The notes below the pieces were generated by a model. That model was not told the origin of the DNA, did not search any database, and saw nothing but the letters and a program-made list of their open reading frames with translations. From positions 62,001-126,000 of the forward strand of contig OX337238.1 of the NCBI GenBank assembly GCA_946965045.2: a stretch of DNA of 64,000 nt, read 5' to 3'. The translations under genes were made by a program, and so were the position numbers. The stretch comes from Epithemia pelagica. Lineage: Eukaryota > Protista > Bacillariophyta. Shown in pieces: positions 30,981-42,957 of this stretch. How positions within the stretch are numbered: the first letter of the stretch is position 1; every line of letters starts with the position of its first letter.

Positions 30981-33720
30981 CTAATCTGCTTCCACTCGCA
31001 CTCGGTCGCCGATACTTTCTACATCGGGGATCAGGGCATCAACGATAGGGAGCTCCTCTAGTTTTCCGTCGCCCATGATAACCACTGGTGGTGTATCTTT
31101 GGGTGAGCTGAACGAGAATCTAGCTTGGAGTCCCAGTCGTCTTTTTTTTTTGGTATGACATGGGCGGGATCGTATCAATGATACTATCGCTCCTCATGTC
31201 CGTGCCCTGATCGCTTTTTTCATTTGTAGGAGAGTCGGCGGTTGGTGAGAGTGAGGAGGAAGTCGTCCACGTGAATACTGATGACCTTGAGTCCGTTGAT
31301 CTAGTCGATATCGGGCGACAGAAGATGACTCTTTCGTCGTCGTCCGACTCATCAGTGCTGGGTTTGTCGTTTGTCTTGAACCGGTGGAATCTCGGTTTAT
31401 GGCGGCAGGCGCCATAAACCTCATTGCACTTGTTGATGGCTTGTTTCGGTTGTTCTCTAGTGAATTTCAAAATGGCTAGTCTTTCTTTCGCACATAGTTT
31501 GCAATTGCGTGTTCCGAATGTTTTCACTGTAGATAGGGGTTTCCCCTGCCAGAGGATTTCCACCTTGAGCTTGACGTGCTTCTTGATTTCCTTTCTCTCG
31601 ATCCCACGGGGTACCAGGCTTGCGAAACGGCTTGCAAAAGAGTCTGATTGTTTGTTGTGAACGACCAGGCTCTTGACGTCTTGAACGTGTTGTTGCATTC
31701 TTTTCTTGACGTGTTGTTGCGTGTTGCCGATATACTGCTTGCCGGACTGTAGGCAAGTGGCCTTGTAGACCACAATTGACCGTCTGCATCGTCCGCCGTA
31801 GGGGCACAGTTCTTTCTTCCTGCAGTTGCAATCCAAATCTTCGAAGTCTAGAGAGTTGAGACCGTCTGCCAGTTTCGCGTTTAGGTCTCCTTGGAAGTGT
31901 TCTCTGATGTTGTTAAACCGGTGGTATGACATCGAGACACGGAGCCAAGATAGCGATGGAAATTTGGCCTTTCTTTCCTTGATTATCTTATGGACCGGTT
32001 TGCGCCAAAAGTCGGTGAACCCGATTTTGAAGTAGATAGCGCGCTTTCGGTCTCTCTCTCTTCTCTTTTTCAGGGCTTGTGAGGCTGTGTCTGCCGCGTC
32101 TTTAGCCATTTGGTTTTTGGATGCGCCCAAGGTTGGAACATTCTCTTCTTTGATCAGTTTTGCGTTGGACAAGGCTTCAAAGTGGGTTGGGTAAAGATCT
32201 GAGAGTTTGCTGTCGGTGTTGTTTTCGTCAATGGACGTCAGCTTTGTCAGTCTTTTGATGACACCACTCGGAATGGCCTTGAAGCAGCCCGGTGTGTGGG
32301 CGCTGCCTTTGTTAAGGTACTTGAGTTGTTGGTTCTCTTTGAGATGCACCCTAAATGACAGCTCCGAGTTAGGGTTCCATAGCATTTCCATGTCGAGGAA
32401 GGGGAAGGCTTCAGTTTTAAGGATGGAGGTTGTTGGAGATTGGATTGAGGCTGGGTCGTGGTGGTTTGTGGGATCCCAGATGACCGCTGTGAATTTTAAG
32501 AACTCATTCCCAGCTATATCATTGACGTCTGACTGGAATGCGTGTAACCATTCTTGGATTTCCTTGGTGGATCGTTGCCCCTTGAACACTGCTAGACCGT
32601 CGTCTCTGTACATGCCAAAGTAGTGCATTGGATTGTACAGAGAGTCGTATGTGGCTTCGAGAAGATACGACATTACAAGGTCTGCGAGCCAAGCTGACTC
32701 ATACCCGCCAATTGTTAAACCACGTTCTTCTGGTTTAAGATCCCCATCGTAGAGGTAGTACTGATCTTGGAACATGATCAGGGTATTCGTCATACCGAAG
32801 TAGATGAGACCTAAACAAAGATTGATTGTTCTGTGGGTTTCGGGAGGTAGTGCATTGGCGTAGTAGAGTACCGCGTCGTAGATCAATTGGAATTTGATCG
32901 ACGGGTACATCGCCTCTGCGTCTACCGAGACAATTGTCGAGTTTTCGAAGTTGATAGGTAGGTTCTCAAGCTTGGTTTTGAGATCGGACGCTTGGACGAT
33001 GTTCCTTTGTCTGTAGTCCACGTCGTGTTCTTTGAACAAGTTCTTGATCCCAAGGTAGCCAATTTTAGGGAATCCTGCTGTAAAATTGGTGGCAGGGACT
33101 ACTAGGCGGGTTGGGAGTCTTCCGTCTGGTCCTGGTTTTTTGTGGTCCTTAACCAGGATTTTGGGGTTGGGGATTGCTTTGGATTGGACTTTCTCCTTGA
33201 GATACTCTCGTTCGTTGGTTGAGATGTATGGGTCTAGTTCTTGGATGAAGGAGAAGCAGTTGTCCACTATTTCAGTGAGTCGGTTCCTTTCGATTGCGAC
33301 TGCATTTTTGGCGAGGTGCTTGTTGATTTCTTTTGCATACTCTCTCGTTGACATCATTGCAAAAGAGTTTGTCTTGTCTGTGGGGATGATGACAAGATTG
33401 TGCTCTTTCAGCATTTTGAGAAGGTCCTTGAATTCCAACGAAAGTTTGCTTTCGTTTCGGCTTTTCTTGTTCGCAAGGGACTCGGCTAGGACTGCTTCTT
33501 CTACTTGCTTTAAGAAGCATTCGAGTTCGTTGGAGCCGACTGGAGCACTCTTCTTCTTGTTTTCTGGTTTCGCTCCGCTGTTGAGACCGGATTTGACGAG
33601 GTTTTTCTTGTCCTCTTCCAGTTCTTCTTCGTAGTTCTTGCCAGAATACGGGTCGGGCCATTGCCCTGTAATACGTGTACTATGGGATTTTATGTACGCT
33701 ACGTAGCTTTTGTACTGAAC
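30981..33720 (-). mobile_element. Penelope-like element (RT plus GIY-YIG endonuclease), apparently 5'-truncated
   Basis: Frame open from 33720 to 31120. IIPTDKTN, LVKDHK-like ILVKDHKK, RLVVPATNFT, SVDAEAMYPSI, GLTIGGYESAWLAD, YRDDGL, FPFLDM, then VVYKATCLQSGKQYIGNT..KRMQQH (GIY-YIG). No second pseudo-LTR seen upstream; boundaries approximate. Confidence 0.9.
31319..31360 (-). ncRNA. Candidate hammerhead ribozyme core in the Penelope 3' region
   Basis: Sense strand reads CUGAUGA-GUC-GGACGAC-GAC-GAAA with a 3-bp stem II. Stems I and III do not close canonically by eye. Confidence 0.4.
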
Positions 33721-33999
33721 CTACTTAGCCGAACATGGATCGGCTTACCCAGCCCTTACCGCTCCTTTGCTTCTTTGCCTTCGATTGCAGAGCAACTTGT
33801 TGAACCTGAACCTGAAGAAGCTCCCGCGATTGTTGAAGAAGAAGACGAAGAAGAACCCCCGATTTGGCCCCTCGAACCTGAAGATCCGCCCCCGATTGTC
33901 GAAGAACTCCCCCAAGAACCGTTGCTGGGATCGTTTTGGGTCGGTGGTGTGCGTCGGTCGAGACGGTTGGAAGGTCGTGTGGTCAACTACAGAGATTAG
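33682..33999 (+). CDS. Small Glu/Pro-rich ORF of unknown origin at the Penelope 5' junction
   Basis: 105-aa ORF with EPEPEEAP/EEEDEEEPP tract, ending GSFWVGGVRRSRRLEGRVVNYRD. Confidence 0.3.
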   Translation: MGFYVRYVAFVLNLLSRTWIGLPSPYRSFASLPSIAEQLVEPEPEEAPAIVEEEDEEEPPIWPLEPEDPPPIVEELPQEPLLGSFWVGGVRRSRRLEGRVVNYRD

Positions 34000-34381
34000 G
34001 GCTACCTCTTGATTAGCCTACTCACCATGGGCATTCGTGTCCAGATGGTGGGGACGAGTTACGAGTTTAGAGGCTCCTCTGATTAGCCTCAGGATTACAT
34101 GCAATACGGTGTTAGGGTGTGCCATTGTTGCCTGACAAGCGTCCATTGACGTCCTGTCGCCTCGTCCACCGTTCAAATTGTACGTACCTCCTAGAGATTG
34201 GGCTACCTCTTGATTAGCCTAGAGATTGGGCTACCTCTTGATTAGCCTAGAGATTCGGGCTACCTCTTGATTAGCCTACTTTTACGAGTTTGGGGGCTCC
34301 TCTGATTAGCCTCTGGGGTGTGCCATATAGTTGCCTGACAGGCATCCATTGATGTCCTGTCGCCTCACCCGTTCATTGTAC
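33991..34381. repeat. Nested repeat: about 200-bp duplicated unit containing 28-29-bp subrepeats
   Basis: agagattgggctacctcttgattagcct at 33991, 34193, 34221 and 34249. Downstream blocks ggctcctctgattagcctc and gttgcctgaca..tccattga..tcctgtcgcctc..ttgtac occur twice. Confidence 0.85.
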
Positions 34382-34761
34382 AGCCGCGTTGACGTCGCGA
34401 GCGGGCTTTCCACCAAGAGCTGTACACAGTAGACTACCCACTCCTAGCTTCAATCAAGGACAACAATGACCACGACGGCAAGGCGGCCAATGAGGACGAT
34501 GACGATGAGTCTAGTGGGTCGTCGCTCCTGGTCGTTGTTGCATCATGACAATCGTCGTTGTCTCCAAAGCCAACCGTCGGTCCTGTGGATGAGTGCACAC
34601 CACAACAAGAAGCCACTGATGACCATGAAACGTTGCATGTGAACGTGGAAGGCCAAAGGTTGGACATGACAACACGACATGAACCATAGAACTTTTATTC
34701 TCCGTCGAAATTCTGAGGCGAGTACGTAGTAAACAGCAGGAATCTTTCGTGTGAATGTGTC

Positions 34762-35990
34762 TCCGAATGAGACCATTCGACCAGGGGGACGGTCGTTCCA
34801 AACCCGATTCATGGCGACATGACTTGTGCCAATCATGGTTCATGCTCCACGTTGAGCTACTACACCACATGTCTGATGGGGACTGGCCAAACCTCGGATC
34901 ACCCACTGTCTGTTTTTTGTAGGTCTCGCAATCAAACCATGTAACCTTCCAAAGATGGCCAGTCTCCCTTGCCAGTGCTCCCCGTCGGTGTCTCGTTCCT
35001 CTGGAGCATGTTGAGTGGCTGTAGAGGTGCAAAGTCCCTCATGAGCAATCTCTGTCGTTCGGTTTCATGCTCCACCTTAACCACTCCACTCCATGTCTGG
35101 TGAGAACTGGCGAAACAACCTTGGATCACCTACTATCTGTTGTGTGTTCAATGTATGTTCGATCAAAGGCATCTGATTCTCCTATTAAACCATGCAATCT
35201 GCAAAAGATGATCATTCACCCTTGCCAGTGTTCCCGGTCGGTGTCTCGTTCCTCGGGAGCATGTTGAGTGGTTGAAACAGCCGTAGAGGTGCAAAGACCC
35301 TCATCCAGAGCGATACGTGTGGATTTTACTACGCGTGATCTCAACAAATCAGCGTTCATGTTTTTCTCGCATCACCCCCATGGATTTTGTGATCGACGAA
35401 AGAGTTATTAGCTGCTGCACCAGGTCCTTTTCACAAGATCGTGGAAAATCTTGCTGGAACCATTTTGCAGTCACGAGGTCGCCATGCATCGCATGAACAT
35501 GGGTATAATGTGTATCCGCCATGCATCGCATGAACATGGGTAAAATGTGTATCCATGGGTAAAATGTGTGTCATTTTTTCTCGAGTAGCTGCAATATGTA
35601 GTCCGCGAATGATGGTCCGCAGAACGCGCATGTCGTACGATAAACCTGAGACCGTCGCCCACACAGACCATCATCTCCTTTTGTTCAGTTCCAACGACTT
35701 AAGAGGATTGTTGGCATCGCGAATGATTGGAATCTTGCTCGCATCTCCATGTTCCAATCGCGCCTCGGTCAATTCCGTCATGAGCGAGGGTTGCGAGCCT
35801 TCATGCCGACTTGATATGCTTGGCTTCGGCTTCCAGGCCCACACGCTCAAGCTAACAAGCACGATTGTTGTCTTTTCCAAGCCAAACATGGTATTGAAAC
35901 GGATGTATGATTCGATCAAGGGGCTGCTTTAGATCCAGAGAGATTGACGCTTGTTCACAGCCGAAAACGAAAGGGGTGCGTGTTGCGTGT
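34762..35990 (-). pseudogene. Degenerate duplicate of the 9.17-10.83 kb region, including an internally deleted copy of the plastid YbaB-like gene
   Basis: ORF 35671..35919 reads MFGLEKTTIVLVSLSVW...LMTELTEARLEHGDASKIPIIRDANNPLKSLE, matching the 10153-10728 gene minus its middle and end. Upstream blocks match 9168-9345 and 9640-9830. Confidence 0.85.
35481..35554. repeat. 37-bp tandem duplication plus a partial third copy
   Basis: gccatgcatcgcatgaacatgggta(t/a)aatgtgtatcc at 35481 and 35518. Confidence 0.85.
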
Positions 35991-36696
35991 GCGACATGGA
36001 CGCAAGCAAAATGGCTGGGTAGTATGACGTCATGTACGTGACAACCTTTTCCCTGCTACCTACCCCATCAATCGACGTTTGGCTACCTGTACTCTCACTC
36101 ATTCGCCTCCAGTCGATTCCAAGTGCCAACACGCTATCTTATCAAAATATAAAGCAAATCGGATATCCAAGAAGGAGAACATTCTCTCTCACTCTTTTCG
36201 GAAACTGTTGATAATGGTATATAGTCTTTACAGTCGGTAGATTGTCGGTAGTTTGTGTGCCAATCCTCTATTATCGCAAATCGAGGGACTGATACACCAA
36301 CATTGCGAGAGACCGCATCCATCACGGCCTTGTGGTGGAACTGCAATGGAGAACCAAAGAGAGTACCGCCACGAAATCTACTCTTCAAATTCGCTGCAAG
36401 CCGCAGGCAACGTCGCGCGACAAATCTAGTGTTGCCATGTTTCTCCATTCCACCAACCAAACAGCTCACGGTCCGTGGAGAGAATATAGTCCCCTACTAG
36501 CTAGCATACTCCTCTAGAGATTACCAGAAGAAGAAGGACACATCCAGGGAAAGCAACTTTTTATTCCTAGTATGGTGAAAGCTTTGTATACCCCTAGTCT
36601 GGATCTGTCGCATTGTTGTTGGACATGGTCGAGGATCAATCATGGACAGACAACAAAAAACGAGACTTGTGGTTGTTGCGCCACATGGATTCACGA

Positions 36697-38632
36697 TTAC
36701 AGGGCATCACCTCCTCCTCCAAGGGCGCTCGTACGACGAGTGAGGGGGTTCATGGTACTACTCGTGGATGCAGCGGCCGGTTTGCGGTCGTATTCCAATT
36801 GCGAAATAGCGGAACGTTCCGATTCGTCCGTCATTTGACTCTGCTTCTTTTGCAACGTGACGGATGATTGAATATTGTCCAACAAGTCTTGTTCCGCATC
36901 GACCGTCTCCTTTTTATTGCTGGTAGCATGGTGTTGAAGGGAACTTTTGCGTCGTGTCAAGTGGCGCAATCGAGCCGCTTCCGTGGCCACACTGTAGGCA
37001 TTTTGTTTCTTGTTCTTGTTGTGGTGGCTGGTAGTTGTGAGTTTGGTAGTGAGAGTCGGTTCCGTCGTTTGGATCGTCGTGGCCGTGTTGGATAGTACCG
37101 CCACTGGTTCGTCGATTGTGGCGGCATCATCCGCCAGGTGCTCTTGTGGTTCGTGTTGTGCTTGTTGTTGTTTGCGAAGACTGTAGGTGCGTGTCAAGAC
37201 GGCATTGACATCGCTGGGCGATTGTGTATTGGCCCGGACCAACAAGGTTTGAATGGCGGCCCGATCCGTGGCAATATCTTGTTGAATGCGCAATTGATTG
37301 GCCGGTTCTTGAATGGGCAACAGTGCGGGAGTCGTACTATCCAACGATGAGGACAAACTCGTGTTTGTGGTGCTGTCGGTCCCACGGGCTGTACCTTGTC
37401 GTTGGGACAAGAGCAACGGCGGAGTGGCAGATTGTGTCACGGACGATTGACGACGTACCAAAAAGGAGGCATTGTCCACGACAGTTGGGGCCGTTTCACT
37501 TGTGCTGGTTGCCGAATCCTCATCTTCTTCCTCACTGCTATTCGAGGCATTGGATTGTAAGGTGGCAGCACTGGCTGCCATTTGTCGTTGTTGTTGTTCC
37601 GTCACGGTTCCAAACAGCATGGCCATGAGATCGGACCAGGCATAGTGTTTGAGCAAAAAGAGGGGCATGTTTTTGCGCGATTCTTCCTCCAATTCTTCTT
37701 CGTGTTCGGATTCGGCCGTAAAGGCATAGTGATTAATGTGATGTTCCGTCGACCAGGCCAACCACCGGGCATGGAGTTTGAAAATCACAAGGGCCACTTG
37801 TGACACGAGGGGCAAATTGCCATGAAAGTATTCGCCGTAATGATAGACTTCGATAGTCGTCGTGTCGTCGTCGTGGGTGACGGTGCGAAAGCCAAAATTG
37901 CACACCATATCCCAGGCCGTCCATCCCCACAAGGTATTGCGGAAACGTTCGCGTTTGTTGAACCATTCAATTTCACCCGTTTCCTCATTGGTGTCGTCCG
38001 AAAAGACCATGCTGACAATCATGGTGCCGGGAAAGCCCGTGGTGTGGACATGACCCTTTTCGTCAAATTTGCCATGGCGCATCATGAGTGTGCCCACAAA
38101 GGGGAAAATGCAAAAGAGTTCCATAAATTCTTCGCCACTAAGAGTTTCGTCGAGTCAAGGCAACAAGCAAGCAAACAAGCACGCGTCGTTTGAGTTTCGC
38201 ACCAAACAAAGCAGTCATGCAATCGAAATGAAGGATCCCTCTTTTTGGTTCTTACCCATAAAAGGTGGCCAAATCTTCCGGACTTTTGTGGGTCTGAAAG
38301 CGATATTCGTAAAAGTCATTTTGCGACCCAGTGGCACTGTGCAAGCCCGCCGCCACCATGGAGGCTCCGACCGTTCCCACGACAAACTTCCAGGGAACTC
38401 CGGGTTGTCCCGAGGATGATGGTGTCGCCGAGAGCAGGTTGGTGACCGTTGTGGTGGTGGCACTGGCCTGGCGGCAATTCGATTTGGATGCTGCCGCCAC
38501 AAGATTGCTGTTCTCCAGACGATTAATGCTGGAGCGAGCCCAGGAGGAAGCAAGGGCGGATGAGATGCGATTTGTTTGGTGTCGTGCAGAACGACCCTGT
38601 CGAAACAGCAAGTGTTTGGTGGTTGCAATCAT
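36697..38632 (-). CDS. Uncharacterised protein, possible mitochondrial presequence, conserved-looking globular core and long low-complexity tail. Exons 38632-38256 and 38137-36697
   Basis: 118-nt GT-AG intron (38255..38138, donor GTAAG) gives KSPEDLATFYG|GEEFMELFCIFPF. The N-terminus is Arg/Ser/Ala-rich with almost no acidic residues. Start codon choice is inferred. Confidence 0.75.
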
Positions 38633-39431
38633 TGGTAGGATGATGGTTGTCGTTGTTGTCGTGTGTTGGATGTAATTGAAAAATGTGAGATCGGCATTTT
38701 GAAGAACGACGACGATGACTCTTTGGTGCACGACTGGTCTCGTCGCGAGCATGTGGTACTCGGATTGAGTGGTTGCCATTGTGGGAAGTACAATCCTTTC
38801 TACACTATCAAAAATGTCAATGACGTCATCTTTCCTCGAGATTTCCATCGAACTGAGCTGGCAGTCGTTCCGCGCTCGCAGAAACGGGGTTGGCACGTGC
38901 GGTTCCAAAAGGGCGACCAACTGCGACCAAACGCCGGCCAGCAGGGTGAACCGACGGCGCTGAAATTGCATCCACCCCCCAAATGAGCGACCATGGCCGG
39001 ACGACAGCTGCTATGCCATGACAGCACTGTTCGTTTCGCAGATGGCGTTCCCTCCATTCCATAAGCCGTAACGCGAAGAGTCATCCCACCAGCCATGACG
39101 GCACCAGAGGGAGAGAACACGAGGACCACATGGATAGAAAGACACGCGCCCAGATCACATCTTGCGTGTTGTGGTTTGTAGTGCGGTTCGGATCCAAGCA
39201 TGATGCATGATAATGTATCGCAATCGAGATTCGAAACGAGAATGTTCAGGATTCATCATCTACCAACTCTATTGTAGTTTGTCATCTGTTGCCACTTTCG
39301 AAGCATCGACATCGACTATCGACTGCTCTCTATTGTAGAACTGGTTTGGTTGCTGCTGCTGCTTCCTCCTCTATTCTATCGCCTCACTTCCTTGTTGCTT
39401 CGACCCGTTCTCTTTGTACACACGAAACAAG

Positions 39432-40513
39432 ATGAACCGTCACAGCCGCAGCAAACATGCTCATGTCCTGTTCCTCCTTCTTCTCGTGTGGGGCGGCATG
39501 TTGTGGAGTGGCAATGGAGCCTCTTTATCGTCGTCTGCGAACCGTACCAACCAATCCTTGGTGGTCGATTCTCACACTGCGAATCAAACGCTCGCCAAAC
39601 GACAACGTCGACGACGACAACAACGACAACGACACGTGACTTCCACCACCCACTCGTTGCGAATTCCCGATTCCAATACCAAACCGATCAAACCCGTGAC
39701 TGCCACCGAGCAGGAGGAACAGTATCATTCCCGCGTCCATCCCTGTGCCTGTCAACCGTCCTTTTATCGCTTTGCCCTCAACTTTTCCCGGACGGCCTGT
39801 CAGGATACCAACATTCCCGAAACGGCCAATCCCAGTCGCGGCATTTCCAGTGTCGAATGTCTCATTACCCCAGCCGATGACAATTTGCTTCATGACGACT
39901 TGGCTCCGTGGAAGACGATTCATCAAATTGAAATTCATGAATATGGCGACAAACCAGTCGAACATCCCTACCACGATCAAGATGGCGGTGTCCGCATTGT
40001 GGACGACAATCCCGTCAAGTCGCTCGTCTACTTTTTTGAGGCGGTACCCTCCCCGCCCTTGCAAGATGGCGCTTCCTTTTATTTTGATTCCATTTTGGTC
40101 GAATTGGAACGGAATGAAACCTGTTCTGCGCGACATTGTTACATGCCTCGACATTTGCATGTGCACTTGTATGGGGTCACGGACAATCCCTATGCGCCCC
40201 AACGAGAAATGGAAATTACCTGGCATTTTACCAAGGATTGCAATTATGTACCCACCATGCAAAAGGGACATTACATTGGACCACTCATTTTGGTACGTCG
40301 AAATCGAGTAGTAGGATTGTTGTTGTTGTTGTTGTCGTCGTGTGAGGCATGTCGATTGTACGCTCACACTGGAGTTATATTGCGTTGTGGCCCGTTTTGG
40401 TTTGGGTTTCGTTTGGTACTCAGACACGAGTCGGTGAACCCGCGGTGGCCTTTTGCAACATTGTCGGACAACACCAACCCGCCTTTACCGAAGCCGACCA
40501 GCACCTTCCATGA
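39432..40513 (+). CDS. Secreted uncharacterised protein (CACQP...C family). Exons 39432-40292 and 40424-40513
   Basis: Signal peptide VLFLLLLVWGGMLWSGNG, then PCACQPSFYRFALNFSRTAC. Donor GTACGT at 40293 and acceptor CAG at 40423 give GPLIL|TRVGEPAVAFC. The unspliced read-through becomes nonsensical after 40292. Confidence 0.7.
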
Positions 40514-41183
40514 CTTGCATGTCGCAGAGCTAGAGAGAGAGAGAGAGGCAGAACGAGAGAAGGACGAATCCAAAGAACTATTTAAGTGGAAGGGTGTGGG
40601 AGAGAGTTTCCCCGACCATTTAGGAGAGACGGCAGCAGACGAGGGGAGGAAGGTCCTCGTTGTTGGATCCTTCTTGGACAGGAACGGAAGCAAGAATCCG
40701 AGATTCGGGTCGTTGTGGACGCATCGGACGGACATGGTCCAAGTACTTCTTCACAAAGAGCTCATTGCATATTATTATTTGATCTATAACACTCCGATCC
40801 ATTTGATTTGTATATCCAATACTACATGCGTTCCCTAGATATGTATCTTTTCTACTACTACTGCTACTACTACTCTGACATGGCTTAGATATATATCTAT
40901 ATATATAAGGGGCAGCCATGGTTGGGGGTTGTTTCATTTCTTAGTTTCACCACAGGACGTCCTTTCTTCTTGTCTACAAGAGACAATTCCCAATGCTAGG
41001 GTCATTCTCCAATCCTTCTCCTGTACTCATGGAGAACCGCTTCTTGGAGTGGAGTTCACGCACACGTGCGTTTCCGTGTGGTGCGCCAAACCCAGTGGTG
41101 GTTGGTCTTTTTTGTGCTCGCTTTCTTTCTCTCTTTGTTGTTGTTGTTGTTGGACAAACACACAAATATCCACCACGGTTGAA

Positions 41184-41993
41184 TTAATGTTCCACTTCCT
41201 GTCCCTCGTGAAAAAACCGCAAGGATTCCTGGTCACAGGCTTGGGGAGAAATACACACGACGGCACACGTATTGCCCTTGAGAAATTTATCGGCGACACA
41301 GGCTCGTTCTTTGCTGGGTACATGAATGAGCATGGACTGACAGGCGGGTCCATCGGTCGATCGACTTTGAATGCATCGAATATAGCCCGTCTCGCCGACA
41401 TGAACGACCAATTCGTGCCGCGGCAGGGCCAAACCGTCCGACTCGGGTTCGACAGGAATCGAACAGGATTGCGATCCAAAACAACTCAGCAGGGTATCGG
41501 TATAAATCGTGGCTTCCACACACGAGTGTTGGGCCAAGAGCGCCGCGCCTTGTCCACAATACACATCGTGCGAGGGTTCGGCAAAATGGGCTCGAATACA
41601 CGATCGGGTCCCTTGGCATTTGACCACTTCATTGTCGGCAAAGGCCGTATCGATACAGGATTCTTCCTCCTTGCAATACACCTCCTTGCAATGGGCAATC
41701 GTCCAGGCCTCACAGGACAAAAAGTCGTTGCAATGAAAGGCATCGCGAATGCGATCGTACGAGACGGAACCATCTTTGGGTAATTTTTCCAAATCGACCG
41801 GGGCGCCCATGCCATCCAATACTTGACACGAGACATTTCGAGTGGTGTTCTCGAGTTCCTTTTCTTCTTCGGGAGGAGACGACTGTTTCTTCTTCTTTTG
41901 AGCCTCGACCGTATCCAACCACGCCATGGAACAACCGAGTACCAGTAGCAGGAGGCACCAGGGCCACGATCGTTGGTGTCGGATTCGAATCAT
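41184..41993 (-). CDS. Secreted cysteine-rich 19-aa-repeat family member 2
   Basis: ATG at 41993, signal WPWCLLLLVLGCSMAWLDTVEA, family Cys scaffold, SHDVYCG, CAVVC..ACD..F. Confidence 0.85.
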   Translation of the reverse strand: MIRIRHQRSWPWCLLLLVLGCSMAWLDTVEAQKKKKQSSPPEEEKELENTTRNVSCQVLDGMGAPVDLEKLPKDGSVSYDRIRDAFHCNDFLSCEAWTIAHCKEVYCKEEESCIDTAFADNEVVKCQGTRSCIRAHFAEPSHDVYCGQGAALLAQHSCVEATIYTDTLLSCFGSQSCSIPVEPESDGLALPRHELVVHVGETGYIRCIQSRSTDGPACQSMLIHVPSKERACVADKFLKGNTCAVVCISPQACDQESLRFFHEGQEVEH

Positions 41994-42957
41994 TCTTTGG
42001 ATACAGGCAATATAGAGGTGGTGGCGATTGAAATATTGAATAGCTTCCACTTCCAGATTAGACAGCAAGTGGAACAAGTAAGTGTGTAGAGAAGAAGACG
42101 AAAGGCTTGAATAAGATTTTGTCGTTCTTCGTCGCCGACACGAGAGGAACTCTCGTTTCGATTGGTGCTCGTTCCATATCCATGGTGGATGACGACACAT
42201 GACGAAACAGATGTCGACGAGCGAAGAGCGACGAATCTCCATCCGGCGCAACCTGAGCGACTCAAACACGACTGTATTTTCTTTTAGATACTCCTAGCTA
42301 TCGCCTCTCTCGTTCGCCTCTAGCTAGTGGAGCCATAGAGTTGAGTCCAAGTATGGCCAGGAAGCAACCTGCCGACCACGGAACCACTTCCACACCACTC
42401 GGTTGCGGTCGTCCTATCTTTTTTTGGATGATGATTTTCTAAGTTTTGTTGTTAACTTCTAAAAAAGACGAATCTGATCCCTCGTCGTCGTGTGGATGGT
42501 AGTTGACCGTATCATGGTGTGTGCTGTTTCATTGGTTTCCCCCTTTTCTGTTATACTGTGTGTGATTTTTTGGAACGAAAATTTGCAGATCATAATATAC
42601 AAACGTGTGTGAACTGTACAAACAAGTGAATGGTTGGTCGATCGACACAACACACACACACACATGGGACAACCAAGAGCTGGTTTGCCGTATGCATGGT
42701 GTTTTTTTTTTTGAATACTAATTTCCCCCATGGACGTCCAGGACTGTCCTCCTCCTCCTTCTCATGATGACTCTTTGGTGATGACCACTCGAGCGACACA
42801 CACACGTGAGAGTGTCCACCCGCGAGCAGCATCGCAACCAACGGTGCCCCACACAGTGAGGAGGGACATGTCGTTGTGGTTTCTGGTCGCCCAGCAGTAG
42901 TAGATCCAACGAATCTAGCTCCTCTTGTCTTGTCTTGTTATTATTGTTGTTTGTTTG

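Noticed and set aside
33991-34330. gattagcct repeats or a lone TTAGGG as telomeric sequence
   Set aside because: Not a tandem telomere hexamer array, and the adjacent Penelope has an endonuclease, so it is not the telomere-restricted type.
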